A DNA stretch of 64,000 nt from Chiloscyllium plagiosum (lineage: Eukaryota). Within the stretch, counting starts at the first letter, position 1; every line of letters begins with the position of its first letter. Location: assembly GCF_004010195.1 (NCBI RefSeq), contig NC_057720.1:29371949-29435948 (forward strand). Reading direction: 5' to 3'. The notes under the pieces are model-generated. The model did no database searches. It had not been told where the DNA came from and was given only the letters and a program-made list of their open reading frames with translations. This document shows positions 1-11,741 of this stretch, piece after piece. Position numbers and translations under genes: made by a program.

Positions 1-504
1 CTCTTGATTGCATACCTGTTTGGGTAGCTGTTCTGCTGTAGGTGCCCTATGCCACTTAAAGACAGTCTGCATTTAAAGATTGCCTTCCATTGCTGCTGCT
101 GGGAAGAAATTGGCTGCAAGGGTTGTAGATCAATCCCCTGAATTCTTCAATATTGAAGACTCTGTTCCATGTGGATGGTCAGAGGATGACGTGGGGTGTT
201 GGAAGGAGACGTCTCACTAAGCAACACAAAGGCCACTAATTGGAAGAGATTTTCAAAGAGGTTAATGCAGGATACTTAGCTCTCAGACAAAGATACAATG
301 CTGAAAAAATGTTTAATAAGCTCTGAACAGTCATCAAGATAAGTATCCTTCATCTAAACTGCAGAAACTCTCCACTCACACCTACAGCTACCTGAAATCT
401 CAGTAATCACAATGCTATCCTCACTGTTTCTCTTTATACTCCTGCACCTTTCATTCAAACTTTATCTCACCATTAGCGATTTTTGAGATTTGTATTTCAG
501 GTTG

Positions 505-852
505 ATGATAAGTATGTAAGTTAGTTCACTGAGCTTAAAGGTTCATTTTCAGATGTTTCATCACTATACTAGGTAACATCATCAGTGAGAGTCTCTGGTG
601 AAGCGTTGGTGATATGTCCTGCAACTTTATTTATAGTTCTTGGGTTTCTTAAGGGGAGTGATGTCACTTCCGGTTCTTTTTTTCAAGGGAAGGTAGATAG
701 GGTCTAAATCGATGTGTTTATTGATGGAGTTCTGGTTAGGATGCCATGAGTTTAAGAAATCTCATGCATGTCTTCACTTAGCCTGTCCTAGGATGTGTGT
801 GTTGTCCCAGTCAAAGCAGTGTCTTTCTTTATCTGTATGTATAGAAACAAGT
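505..852 (-). mobile_element. Penelope-like retroelement 3' fragment (GIY-YIG C-terminus plus pseudo-LTR)
   Basis: Minus strand reads LVSIHTDKERHCFDWDNTHILGQAK*RHA*DFLNSWHPNQNSINKHIDLDPIY, typical of the PLE endonuclease end; followed by a CTGATGA...GAAAC motif. Confidence 0.8.
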
Positions 853-988
853 CTTTTGGTGTCCATGTTGTACTCAACCACTGTACACCTCATACTTTCA
901 GTGCTATTGATATCCTCACTTCTTCACATCTTGAACTAACTGGCATTTCTTGGCCATGGCAGGTATATTCTTGAAAGAATGACATGGT

Positions 989-1250
989 TAGAACATAGAA
1001 CATAGAACAATACAGCACAGAACAGGCTTTCGGCCCACGATGTTGTGCCAAACATTTGTCCTAGCTTAAGCACCCATCCATGTACCTATCCAATTGCTGC
1101 TTAAAGGTCACCAAAGATTCTGACTCTACCACTCCCACAGGCAGCGCATTCCATGCCCCCACCACTCTCTGGGTAAAGAACCCACCCCTGACATCTCCCC
1201 TATACCTTCCACCCTTCACCTTAAATTTATGTCCCCTTGTAACACTCTGT
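989..1250 (-). mobile_element. CR1 LINE 3' end
   Basis: (TAGAACA)n reverse-complement tail and CR1 ORF2 C-terminal sequence. Confidence 0.8.
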
Positions 1251-1465
1251 TGTATCTATCACTAACAAACATCCTTTCAGGAGAATTTCATAAACATGAG
1301 GTGGCTGACAGTGGCTAAAGAAGCCTAATATTGCATGCAAGATTTTCCCCACTTGGGAAAGGGGTGAATCATAGATGTGAAAATGGTAAAGCTAGATGAA
1401 ATGACATGCAGGGTGTTGACTATTGAACAGATTTCAGAAAAGCAAAATGCTTTTAAGACAGCTTG

Positions 1466-2166
1466 AAGTGCAGGTTCATAGCTCTTTGAAAGTGGAGTCG
1501 CAGGTAGATAGGATAGTGAAGAAGACATTTGGTATACTTTCCTTTGTTGGTCAGAGCATCAAGTACAGCAGTTAGGAGGTCATGTTGCGGCTGTAGCAGG
1601 GATGTTGGTTAGACCACTTTTGGAATATTGCATGCAATTCTTGTCTCCCTCCTATTGGAAGGATGTTGTGGAACTTGCAAGGGTTCAGAAAAGATTTACA
1701 AGGATGTTACCGGGGTTGGAGGATTTGAGCTTTAGGGAGAGGCTGAATAGGCTGGGGCCATTTTCCCTAGAGCGTCGGAGGCTGAAGGATGACACAATAG
1801 AAATTTATAAAATCATGAGGGGCATGGATAGGATAAATAGACAAGGCCTTTTCCCTGGGGTAAGGGAGTCCAGAATTAGAGGGCATAGGTTTGGGTGAGA
1901 GGAAAAAAATGTACAAGGGACCTAAGGGGCAACCTTTTCATACAAAGGATGGTGCATGTATGGAATGAGCTGCCAGAGGAGGTGGAGGAGGTTGGTACAA
2001 TTACAACATTTAAGAGGCACCTGGATGGGTATATGAATAAGAAGGGTTAGAAGGATATGGGCCAAGTACTGGCAAATGGGACTAGATCAGCTTAGAATAT
2101 TTGGTAGGCATGGATGCATAAGACCAAAGGGTCTGTTTCCATGCCGTACATCTCTACGACTCTGAC
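1466..2166 (+). mobile_element. CR1 LINE, 5'-truncated, ORF2 C-terminal part
   Basis: LVRPLLEYCMQF...RVQKRFTRMLPGLE...ERRRL motif and CR1 3' UTR with tail. Confidence 0.9.
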
Positions 2167-2394
2167 AGCTAGGTGACATAACTGTACAGACAAACAAACA
2201 GATGTAATATTGGTGCAAATGGTTAGTTATTCATGAACTTCAAGGCATCTGTCCAAATAAGAACTCAGATCTCTGTGGTACCTGTTATATGGCTATATAT
2301 AATAAATCACTAGAAGGTGCTAAGAGCAAGTAGGTGCTAGAAGATGGTTCTAGTAGGTTTGTACAAAGGGTTAAAAAGAAGTTAAGTTTAATTT

Positions 2395-3600
2395 ATCAGT
2401 CTTACCTCATTCCCTGCCAAGCTCTTTTCTGCCTTGACTATTAGAATTGTTCCCCTTACCTCCTGTATCAGCCTCAGCCTTTTCTCTTTCCTCACAAACA
2501 CTTTGGTTCCCTCCCCCCAACCCTCTCTTATTAGTGTAAAGCCTCCTGAGTAACACTAGCAAATTTCCATGCAAGCATATTGGTCCCCTTTCAATTCAGG
2601 TGAAACCTGTCCATCTTATACAGGTTATTTCTACCTCAGAAGAGATCCCAATTGTCCAAAAATGTGAATCTTTGCCCCTTGCATCAGCCACACATTCATC
2701 TGCTCTATCCTCCTATCCTTATGCTCACCAGACATGGCACTGGTGATAGTCCAGATATTTCTACCCTCAAGGACCTATTTTTAACCTCCAGCCTAGTTTC
2801 CTACATTCTCTCTGAAGATCTTCATCCCTTTCCTTACCTACCTCCTGCTGGTTACTATACCCTTTCAGAATATTCTGCACCCTGTCCAAGATATCCTTGA
2901 CCCTGGCACCAGGGAGGCAACACACCATCCTGATATCTCGCGGATAACCACCTGTCTATGCCTCTGAGTTCCCTTTAACAATTGATCGCTTGGCACCTGA
3001 CATACCCCTCATTACAGTAGCTGAAAATGTGTTGCTGGAGAAGCACAGCAGGTCAGGCAGCATAAGAGGGAACAGGAGAATCGACGTTTCGGGCATAAGC
3101 CCTTCTTCAGGAATGCCCGAAACGTCGATTCTCCTGTTCCCTGGATGCTGCCTGACCTGCTGCGCTTCTCCAGCAACACATTTTCAGCTCTGATCTCCAG
3201 CATCTGCAGACCTCACTTTCTCCTCATTACAGTCTTGGTATCAGAAACATGGCTGTCAGTGCTATATTCCCCTAAGAAGCCTTCTTCCCCAACAGTATCC
3301 AAAGTAGCAACTTGTTTGAGATGGGGATAGTCACAGGAAACTCCTGCATTACCTGCCTTACTCTCCTACCACTCTGAGCAGTCAGCCATATGCCTGACTG
3401 TATCAATGGTGTATCCACCTTCCTGAAACTGCCAAGCATCACACCCCCTTGCTCTTGTAAACTCCTCATGGCTCTAAATGCTGCTCTAACAGATCCCACT
3501 AACTGCAGACATAGTCTCCAGGAACATTCAAATTTTCCCTGACCTCCCACATCTGACAGGAAGATCACATTAGCCATTTTAGCCCCTTTAACAACCTATA
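2395..3600 (-). mobile_element. CR1 LINE ORF1 (SGNH-esterase-type) remnant
   Basis: Reverse complement of about 2900-2932 encodes RMVCCLPGAR; matches ORF1 of the copies at 36019 and 61331. Confidence 0.75.
3019..3221. mobile_element. Palindromic (hairpin) short element with hammerhead-like core and 12-bp TSD
   Basis: Inverted arms of about 75 bp; TSD cctcattacagt at 3007-3018 and 3222-3233. Confidence 0.85.
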
Positions 3601-4329
3601 GACCCAGAAATTATCAATAAGCAAACACAACGTTTTGCTCAAAATGCAGCATTAGCACAGTCTTACTGCTCAAAACCACTGCTCTGGGATGACTTAATAC
3701 CAATCTTTAAGATTATTAGTCAATCAAGAGACAGATCACAGTACAAACATAAAAAAGAAAGTCCTCACTTTTGGAAAAACGTGAAGATTATAACATCAAC
3801 ACACTGCTAGAAGAGGGATGCAGATTTGAAGCAACATGTCAAATAATATGTGACAAATGCAAGCTATGCTCCACAAGGAGACGTTGTACTAAAATATGCA
3901 GGAAGTCCAAGTGCTAAGAGAAACCCAAAATGCATCACAGTTCTGTATAGCAATGTGAAGAAGATCCAACAAAGAAACAATCTGAAAGATATTTTCAAAC
4001 TCCCACCTATGGCACATAAGCATGCCAGCAAATTTAAGAGGTAACTGTAACATTACAGCTTGCAGACCCCAGTCATGCAGTACATCATGAGATATCACAT
4101 AGATAATATCAGAAAAGCTGAAGCCTTCACCTTGATGCAAGTTCTCTACACCAAAATGAATGGATAGTATGTGTTATAGGTCAATATTTACACTTATACA
4201 AGTCCACATATCATCACAATTCACAAAGCAATGAATTCCAGCACCAAAAGTTTCAGACTGCAACATTGAGTCTATCAATGACCTGTCCAAACTTACCTTT
4301 ATGATCCTTCCAAGCTTACCATGCTGGAA

Positions 4330-6900
4330 GCTGATATATCCAGAAGGCCTCAGAACATGCCTACTCAGGCTGACAAGGCTATTATGTTTGGTTCTTGTGA
4401 CAGCTCAGAGAAAGTACTTCAACACTGATAGGGAAACCTTGCTATTGTTTTTTGGAATACAAAGGTTTGGCATGTACTTATTTGGCTTGCATATAATTGT
4501 TCATTTCAATCATAGAATATTAAAAATGAAGTGTTGAAAATTTCTCACCTGTGCATCTTCATGACTACAATGTCTACTTGAGAAGATCCAAGGGTATTTC
4601 AGGGTACAATTCAAACTGGGCTTACTAATTACCATTCCTGATAGTTTTAGCTGAATTCCAATTCCTGATAAAAAGAGAGCTATTCCTCTTGATTTGTTGT
4701 CAATTCTGAATTAAGAGGTAGTCTTCACATTGATTTAATTGATTTTAGTTGTAGGCAAGGGGAACAGAGTCAGTATGCTGCACCTGATGTGGCCTAGCTT
4801 AGGAAGATTATCATTGTTGGATGGCCTGAATACATTTAATGGGTGCCTGAGGAAAGAATCTTCTGGTCATTCTTTCTGATCATTCAGAAATTAAATCCAA
4901 CTTTCCAGGAACATATTTTCAAGCGCACACAAGTGTTAATTCCACAAGCTCTATATTGAGATATGCTTGATCAGATACACTCAGATCATGTAAGTGCAGA
5001 TAAAACTAGAAAGATTGGCTCATAAATCTATCTACTGGCCCAGTATCAAAAAGGATAATGACTGATTGATCAATAATGTGAAACATGACAACTCCAACAA
5101 TTTCAACAACCAAGAGAAACTTTCTTTCTCCACAAAATTCCTTCTGAGCTATAGGCCAAGTTCACAATTGATGACTTCCATATCTAAGGATAGGTCTACA
5201 GTCTAGTGACTGATTATTTCACCAAATACTCTTTTGTGAAACTAGGGTTGTTTTTCAGACTGGAGGCCTGTGGCTAGTGGTGTTCCACAGGGATTGGTAC
5301 TGGTTCCACTTGTGTTTGTCATTTATAGAAATGATTTGGATGAGAATATAGGACAGTATGATTAGTAAGTTTGTAAATGACACCAAAATTAGTGGTACAG
5401 TGTGCAGTGAAGAAGGTTGTCTAAGATTGCGAAGAGACATTAATCAGTTGGGTCTATGGGCTAAGGAGTGGCAGATGGAGTTTAATTTGGATAAATTTGA
5501 GGTATTGCATTTCAGTAAAACAAATAAGGGCAGGACTTATCCAAATCATGGTATGGCCCTCGGTGGTCCTGTAGAACAAAAAGACCTAGGGTTTAGGTAC
5601 ATAATTTTTCAAAATTTGCATCTTGGATAGACAGCGTGGTTAACAAGGTGCTTTGCATACTTGCCTTCATTGCTCAGGCTTTTGAGTATTGGAGTTGGGA
5701 CATCCTGTTGAGGTTATGCAGGATATTGGTGAGGCCACTTCTGAAGTACTGTGTCCAGTTCTGATCACCCTGCTATTAGAAGGATATTATTAAATTGGAG
5801 AGAGTTCAGAAAATATATACCAGGATCTTGTTGGGAATGGAAGATTGAGTTATAAGGATAGGTTGGATAGACTGTGACATTTTTCACTGTAGCATAGGAG
5901 GTTGAGGGGTGACATTATAGAGGTTTATAAAGTTGCGTTGGCCATAGATAAGGTGAATTGCAAGGGTCTTTTCCATAGGGTGGGTGACTTCAAAACTAGG
6001 GGCATATTTTTAAGATGAGAAGAGAAAGTTTTAAAAAGGACGTGAGGGACAATGTTTTTATACAGAGAGTGGTTCCTGTGTGTAATGAACTGCCAGAGGA
6101 AGTGGTGGATGATAGTATAGTAACAGCATTTAAAAGACATTTGGGTAGGAACATGCATAGGGAAGGTTTGGAGGTATATGGTGCAAATACAGGCAAGTGG
6201 GACTCGGTTAGTTTCAGAACATGGTTGGCATGGACTAGTTGGACTGAAGGGTCTGTTTCTATATTGTATAAATCTATGACTCTCCCACTAACACAAAAGT
6301 TGTCAGTATCTTAACCTTGATATTCAGTATGCTTGCCTTTTCTCAACAAATTGTGTCTAACAATAATTCAATCGACAAGTGCACCCATCCAAGACACTGC
6401 ATTAAGTGGGATGTTCAACACATTACCTCCTCTCCTCACTATCCTCAATCTAATAGCCTTGCAGAATACACTGTATAGTAAAGTTTATGGCTACTAAATG
6501 CTCAGCTACATGCTAAGATGTTAGGTCTACATGTTATTTCACAAGGAAATGGTTTACCCTCACTGGAGTTGTCTGTTTGGAAGACAGATCCACACAGTTC
6601 TTCCCTCACAAATCATACCACCCAAACATATGAGCACAATGCATTCTTGGTAAGAAGGGAGAACATGGTGCAAGAGCATGATCTATGAACATACAGACAG
6701 TTATCCCAACTTGGAACCAGGATAAATCATCAGAGTTTGAGGTCAGTGTTCTGTCTGAGCTGAGTGACCATGTAGCTGCCCAGCCACTCGGAGGCCCCGT
6801 GCACATGGATCAGTGTGCAATGTATTGACTTTCACACCATTTCTATCAGTGTCTTTGTGAGTGTCATACAGGTTGGGCCAGGCTGTATTGGCCCATGCCA
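4330..6900 (+). mobile_element. Ty3/gypsy pol remnant (RNase H, integrase), split by a CR1 insertion
   Basis: TAQRKYFNTDRETLLLFFGIQRF (RNase H); IHSDH...SIYWP (integrase Zn finger); VTDYFTKY; after the CR1, HITSSPHYPQSNSLAE (integrase core). Confidence 0.85.
5244..6283 (+). mobile_element. CR1 LINE RT to 3' end, nested in the gypsy integrase
   Basis: [25 protein letters not shown] motifs; ctatgactct tail. Confidence 0.9.
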
Positions 6901-6989
6901 AGATGCGACAGTTTGTATTTCAGTTCTCTAGACCCAAAGCCAGATGATGTCAGCCATTACAGATTCTCGAAATCTGTAATTCTCGAAAT

Positions 6990-7307
6990 GGGCGGCACGG
7001 TGGCACAGTGGTTAGCACTGCTGCCTCGCAGCGCCAGAGATCCGGGTTCAATTCCCGCCTCAGGCGACTGACTGTGTGGAGTTTGCACGTTCTCCCCGTG
7101 TCTGCGTGGGTTTCCTCCGGGTGCTCCGGTTTCCTCCCACAGTCCAAAGATGTGCAGGTCAGGTGAATTGGCCATGCTAAATTGCCCGTAGTGTTGGGTA
7201 AGGGGTAAATGTAGGGGTATGGGTGGGTTACGCTTCGGCGGGTCGGTGTGGACTTGTTGGGCCGAAGGGCCTGTTTCCACACTGTAAAGTAATCTAATCT
7301 AAATCTA
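6990..7307 (+). mobile_element. HE1-type tRNA-derived V-SINE, full length
   Basis: A box TGGCACAGTGG, B box GGTTCAATTCC, V-domain TGTGTGGAGTTTGCACGTTCTCCCCGTGTCTGCGTGGG, (AATCT)n tail. Confidence 0.9.
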
Positions 7308-7547
7308 AAGAAATATCTTCAATAAAAGCTGTAAGGTCTTGTTGCCATTTGAAACTGAATTCAAATTCTCCAAACACCATAGTCAGATTTAAAATCATTC
7401 TCTGAATTGGAAGTCATAACCAGCCACTGATGTACCCTATACCATCTCTCATAACCAAGGAAATTCCTTTACACTGCTTGCAGGCTGTTCTCAAAGACTG
7501 AAATTTAGTTAATTCTCAAATTACCATATGAAGCGTGAAGGCTCAGT

Positions 7548-9428
7548 TACGGGGCTTGAGAGCTATAAATTAGCCGAAATTGATCTAAAGAGAGGGCTAA
7601 GAAGAGCCAGGAGGGGTTATGAGAAGTTGTTGGCGGATAGGATCAAGGAAAACTCTAAGGCCTTCTATAGGTATAATCAGGAATAAAAGAATGACGAGAT
7701 TAAGATTAAGGCCAATCAAAGATAGGGTGGAAAGTTGTGTGTGGAATCTGAGGACACAAGGGAAGTGCCTAATGAATACTTTTCATCAGTATTCACATTG
7801 GAAAAGGGCAATATTAGTGAGAATACAGAGATACAGGCTACAAGATTAGATGGGATTGAGATTGACAAAGAGGAGATTTTAGCAATTTTGAAAATAGATA
7901 AGACCCTGGGCTGGATGGGATTTATCCTCGGATTCTCTGGGAAGCCAGGGAGGAGATTGCAGAGTCCTTTGCTTCGATCTTTATGTCATCATTGTCGACA
8001 GGTGTAGCGCCAGAGGATAGCAAATATTGTTCCCTTGTTTAAGAAGAGGAGTCAGGACAACCCTGGTAATTATAGGCCAGTGAGCCTTACTTCGGTTATG
8101 GGAAAGATGTTGAAAAAGGTTACAAGAGATAGGATTTACATTCATCTGTAAAGGAATAATTTGATTAGGGATCGTCAACATGGTTTTGTGAAGGGTAGGT
8201 CATGCCTCACTAACCTTACTGAGTTCTTCGAGAAGGTGACAAAACAGGTGGATGAAGGTGAAGCAGTTGATGTGGTATATATGGATTTCAGTAAGGCGTT
8301 TGATTAGGTTCCACCTGGTAGGCTATTGCACAGACTATGGAGTTTAAGGAATGAAAGTAATTTAACGGTTTGGATCATAAATTGGCTATCTGAAAGAAGA
8401 CAGAGGGTGGTGGTTGATGGGAAATGTTCATCCTGGAGTTCAGTTACCAGTGGTGTGCTGCAAGGATCTGTTTTGGGGCCACTGCTGTTTGTCATTTTTA
8501 TAAATGATCTGGCAGTGGGGGTAGAAGGATGGGTTAGTAAATTTGCAGATGACATTAAGGGAGGCAGAGTTGTGGATAGTGCCGAAGGATGTTGTAGGTT
8601 ACAGAGGCATATAGGTAGGATGCAGAGCTGGGCTGAGAAGTGGCAAATGGAGTTTAATGCGGAATAGTGTGAGGTATTTCACTTCGGAAGAAGTAACAGG
8701 AATGCAGAGCACTGGGCTAATGGTAAAATTCTTGGCAGTGCAGATGAACAGAGAGATCTCGGTGCCCAAGTGCATAAATCCCTAAAAGTTGCAACCCAGG
8801 TTGAAAGGGTTGTTAAGAAGACATGTGATGTGTTGGTGTTTATTAGTAGGAGCATTGAGTTTCGGAGCCACAAGTTCATGCTTCAGCTGTACCAGACACT
8901 GGTAAGGCCACACCCAGACTATTGTGTGTAGTTCTGGTCACCGCATTATAGGAAGGATGTGGAAGCTTTGGAAAGGGTTCAGAGGAGATTTACTAGGATG
9001 TTGTCTGGTATGGAAGGAAGGTCTTACGAGGAAAGGCTGAGGGAATGAGACCGTTTTCGTTGTAGAGAAGAAGATTGAGAGGTGATTTAATCGAGACGTA
9101 TAAGTTAATCAGAGGGTTAGATAGGATGGACAGTGAAAGCCTTTTTCCTCGGATGGTGAAGGCTAACATGAGGAGACATAGCTTTAAATTGAGGGGTGAT
9201 GGATTTAGGACAGATATCATGGGTAGTTTCTTTACTCAGAGAGTAGCAGGGCCATGGAATGGCCTGCCTGCAACAGTAGTAGACATTAATGGCATTTAAA
9301 TGGGCTATGGAGATACATATGGATAATAATGGAATGATGGAGGTTAGATGGGCATCAGATTAATTTCACAGGTCGGTGCAACATCGAGGGCCTCTACTGT
9401 GTCGTAATATTCTATGTTCTATGTTCTA
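7548..9428 (+). mobile_element. CR1 LINE ORF2 (RT) to 3' tail, with frameshifts and stops
   Basis: NYRPVSLTS, MDFSKAFD, SGVLQGSVLGPLLF, FADD motifs; (TTCTATG)n tail. Confidence 0.92.
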
Positions 9429-9794
9429 ACTCATTCGGGTCCTTGTGTATTTGAATACAAATCTCACCCTTTACAGTTCAACTATTTTTTTTGCTGTTGC
9501 AGCTGAGCTTTACTTGATATCGGGGCTAACTTGGTGCACTCCTCCTAATTGCAGTCAATTTAAAAACTTGGCGTAAATACATGAACGTATGGTAAGCATC
9601 GAATTGATGCGCAGTGACTGATTACTTTCACTAATAGTCTTTCTGAGAAGGCACAATTGTAACTCAATGCCTCTCTACAATGTTCCGTAAGATAAAACTA
9701 TGAAAATTTGTGTTCTTGAGAGGATGACTTACAATACATGGACCAAAAGTGATCTTTGTGTCTTATTTTCCATGCTATGTTGTTAAATACTAGC

Positions 9795-11202
9795 CGGTGC
9801 AAGATGGGGGCAGATTCACAGGGCTGCATGTAGGCTCTTGCCCAAAGCTAATCTGCTTCCATCTGCTTTCCTTCTTTGTTTTACTTTTGCTTCTGCTCTT
9901 TGCTTTCGCTTTATTTTCCTTTCCCTTTGGTCTTTTCTTCCTTCGATTCTGCAGAAGGCTGGTTGGCAGCACTGGTGTGGCAGCAAAAGTGGGTTGCAAG
10001 TGGAGCGGTGGGCATGCCTTCTCCAAGTGGTTGGAGGGGGTGGCATAGAGTGCAATCTTCAGATGTTTGGGGTAGCAGCAAGGTCGTTATCCTGGCATTC
10101 GGGACTGGTAATAGTGAGGTCATTACCCTGGTGTTCCGGTCTGGTAATATCGAAGTCATTCTCCCAACGTTTGGGGCTGGTAATAGCAAGATTGTTCACC
10201 CAGCGTTCGGGGCTAGTAATAGCGAGGTCATTATCCCGGTGTTTGGGGCTAGTAATAGCGAGGTCGTTATCCTGGCATTTGGAGCTGGTAATAGAGAGGT
10301 CATTATCCCAGCGCTCGGTGCTGGTAATAGCGAGGTCATTATTCCAGCGCTCGGTGCTGGTAATAGCGAGGTCATTATCCCAGTGCTCGGTGCTGGTAAT
10401 AGTGAGGTCATTATCCCAGCGCTCGGTGCTGGTAATAGCAAGGTCATTATTCCAGCGCTCGGTGCTGGTCATAGTGAGGTCATTCTCCCGGCGTTCAGGG
10501 CTGGTAATTGTGACGTCATTATCCCGGCATTTGGGACTGGTAATAGCAAGTCATTAGCCTGGCGTTTGAGGCTGGTAATAGCAAGGTCGTTCTCCTGCCG
10601 TTTAGGGCTGGTAATAGTGAAGTAATTATCTCGGTGTTCGGAACTAGTAATAGCGAGGTCATTCTTCTGACTTATGGGGCTGTTAATAGTGATGTTGTTA
10701 TCCTGGCGTTCGGGGCTGGTAATAGCAAGGTCTTTCTTCCAGCAGCAGCAGACTCTTCGGCTATGGTCAAAGTGTGATTCGTGGCCTGGCCACAGGCTGG
10801 TCTGGTAGCTGAGCCAGGGTGTCTTGATTGTGGGGCAAGTGTGGGTTCAGTGGCATCGACAACATGGGCCCATCAGCGATGAGATGGCCCTTAATATTGG
10901 GTGACACTTATGCTGGTGGATCTGGCGCTGGCAGCAGTGAGATGATGGATATCTTCATGGACTGAGTGAGAAAGCCTGATATTCTGAACTTTTCACTTCT
11001 TTGTTTTTCTAATTTATTCCTCAGTTCTATAATGCTGGACTATTTATTTCTTTACCTTTCTAATTTTTCTGTTTCCTAAGAGTTTGATCTTAAGTATCTG
11101 TGCCGAGGTACCTTTGTACCTAAAATGGTGTTGTAATGCAGTGACTGTAAACTTTTCGCTGTACTCATTTCAGTACATGTGACAATAAAGCTAATTCAAT
11201 TC
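9795..11202 (+). mobile_element. Non-autonomous retroelement with Rex1/Babar-like 3' tail, containing a minisatellite
   Basis: Ends cagtacatgtgacaataaagctaattcaattc, matching the 3' end of the LINE at 54368-56690; shares 3' body with 28363-28751. Confidence 0.6.
10070..10740 (+). repeat. 36-bp minisatellite, about 18 copies (consensus ctggtaatagcgaggtcattatcccagcgctcggtg)
   Basis: Directly visible tandem units; 12-aa periodicity in the overlapping ORFs. Confidence 0.95.
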
Positions 11203-11511
11203 CTGTAATTGATATTTGTTTGCAGATCTATAATTGTGAATTGGATTTCAGTGCAGAGAAAATGCCTGAATGTGGAGGGAGTATATCAGTTTCAGAGTGA
11301 GATGAAAAATAATAGTGGAGTGTATGCTGTGATAATAGCTGAAGGCAGGTATTAGAATTCATATACTCTCCACTACACCTCTTAGTTTCCTGACAAAACA
11401 GACCAAGCACAGTTAAATCTGCTTTCTATCTGACCAATGCACAGTTATAAAATACAGTCCTTCATTTACTGGCAATAGGTAAGCATTTTGTGCAACACTA
11501 ACTCCTATATA

Positions 11512-11741
11512 CAGTGAAACCCCCATATCGGCAAATTTGGTTTCCGCAATTTCAGTTATCTGTGGTTTACCCCAACCTGAAAATATTATATGGAACATTT
11601 CACAAATAATTCCAGGGGTCTGCAAGGGAGGTAGATTTCCCATTTAAATAATAAGGTTCGCTACTATCTGCAGTTTTGGGCATCGGTAGTAGGTCTTGGA
11701 AAGTATCATCCACGGATACGGGAGGTGGGAGGGAGCACCTG
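11512..11741. mobile_element. Tigger/pogo-like MITE
   Basis: TA|CAG...CTG|TA termini; right end reverse complement (ccgtatccgtggatgatactttccaagacc) resembles MER2/Tigger-type ends. Confidence 0.6.

Noticed and set aside
6990..7070. tRNA gene
   Set aside because: It is the tRNA-derived head of a SINE continuing into a V-domain; the same applies to the other copies
7522..9593. MITE split by the CR1 (taccata...tatggta ends)
   Set aside because: Only 7 bp of inverted match, insufficient
9838..10625. Longest ORFs (239 and 249 aa) as real genes
   Set aside because: Produced by the stop-poor minisatellite in several frames and on both strands
10070..10740. CRISPR-like array of 36-bp repeats
   Set aside because: Units are contiguous without unique spacers, there are no cas genes, and the context is eukaryotic
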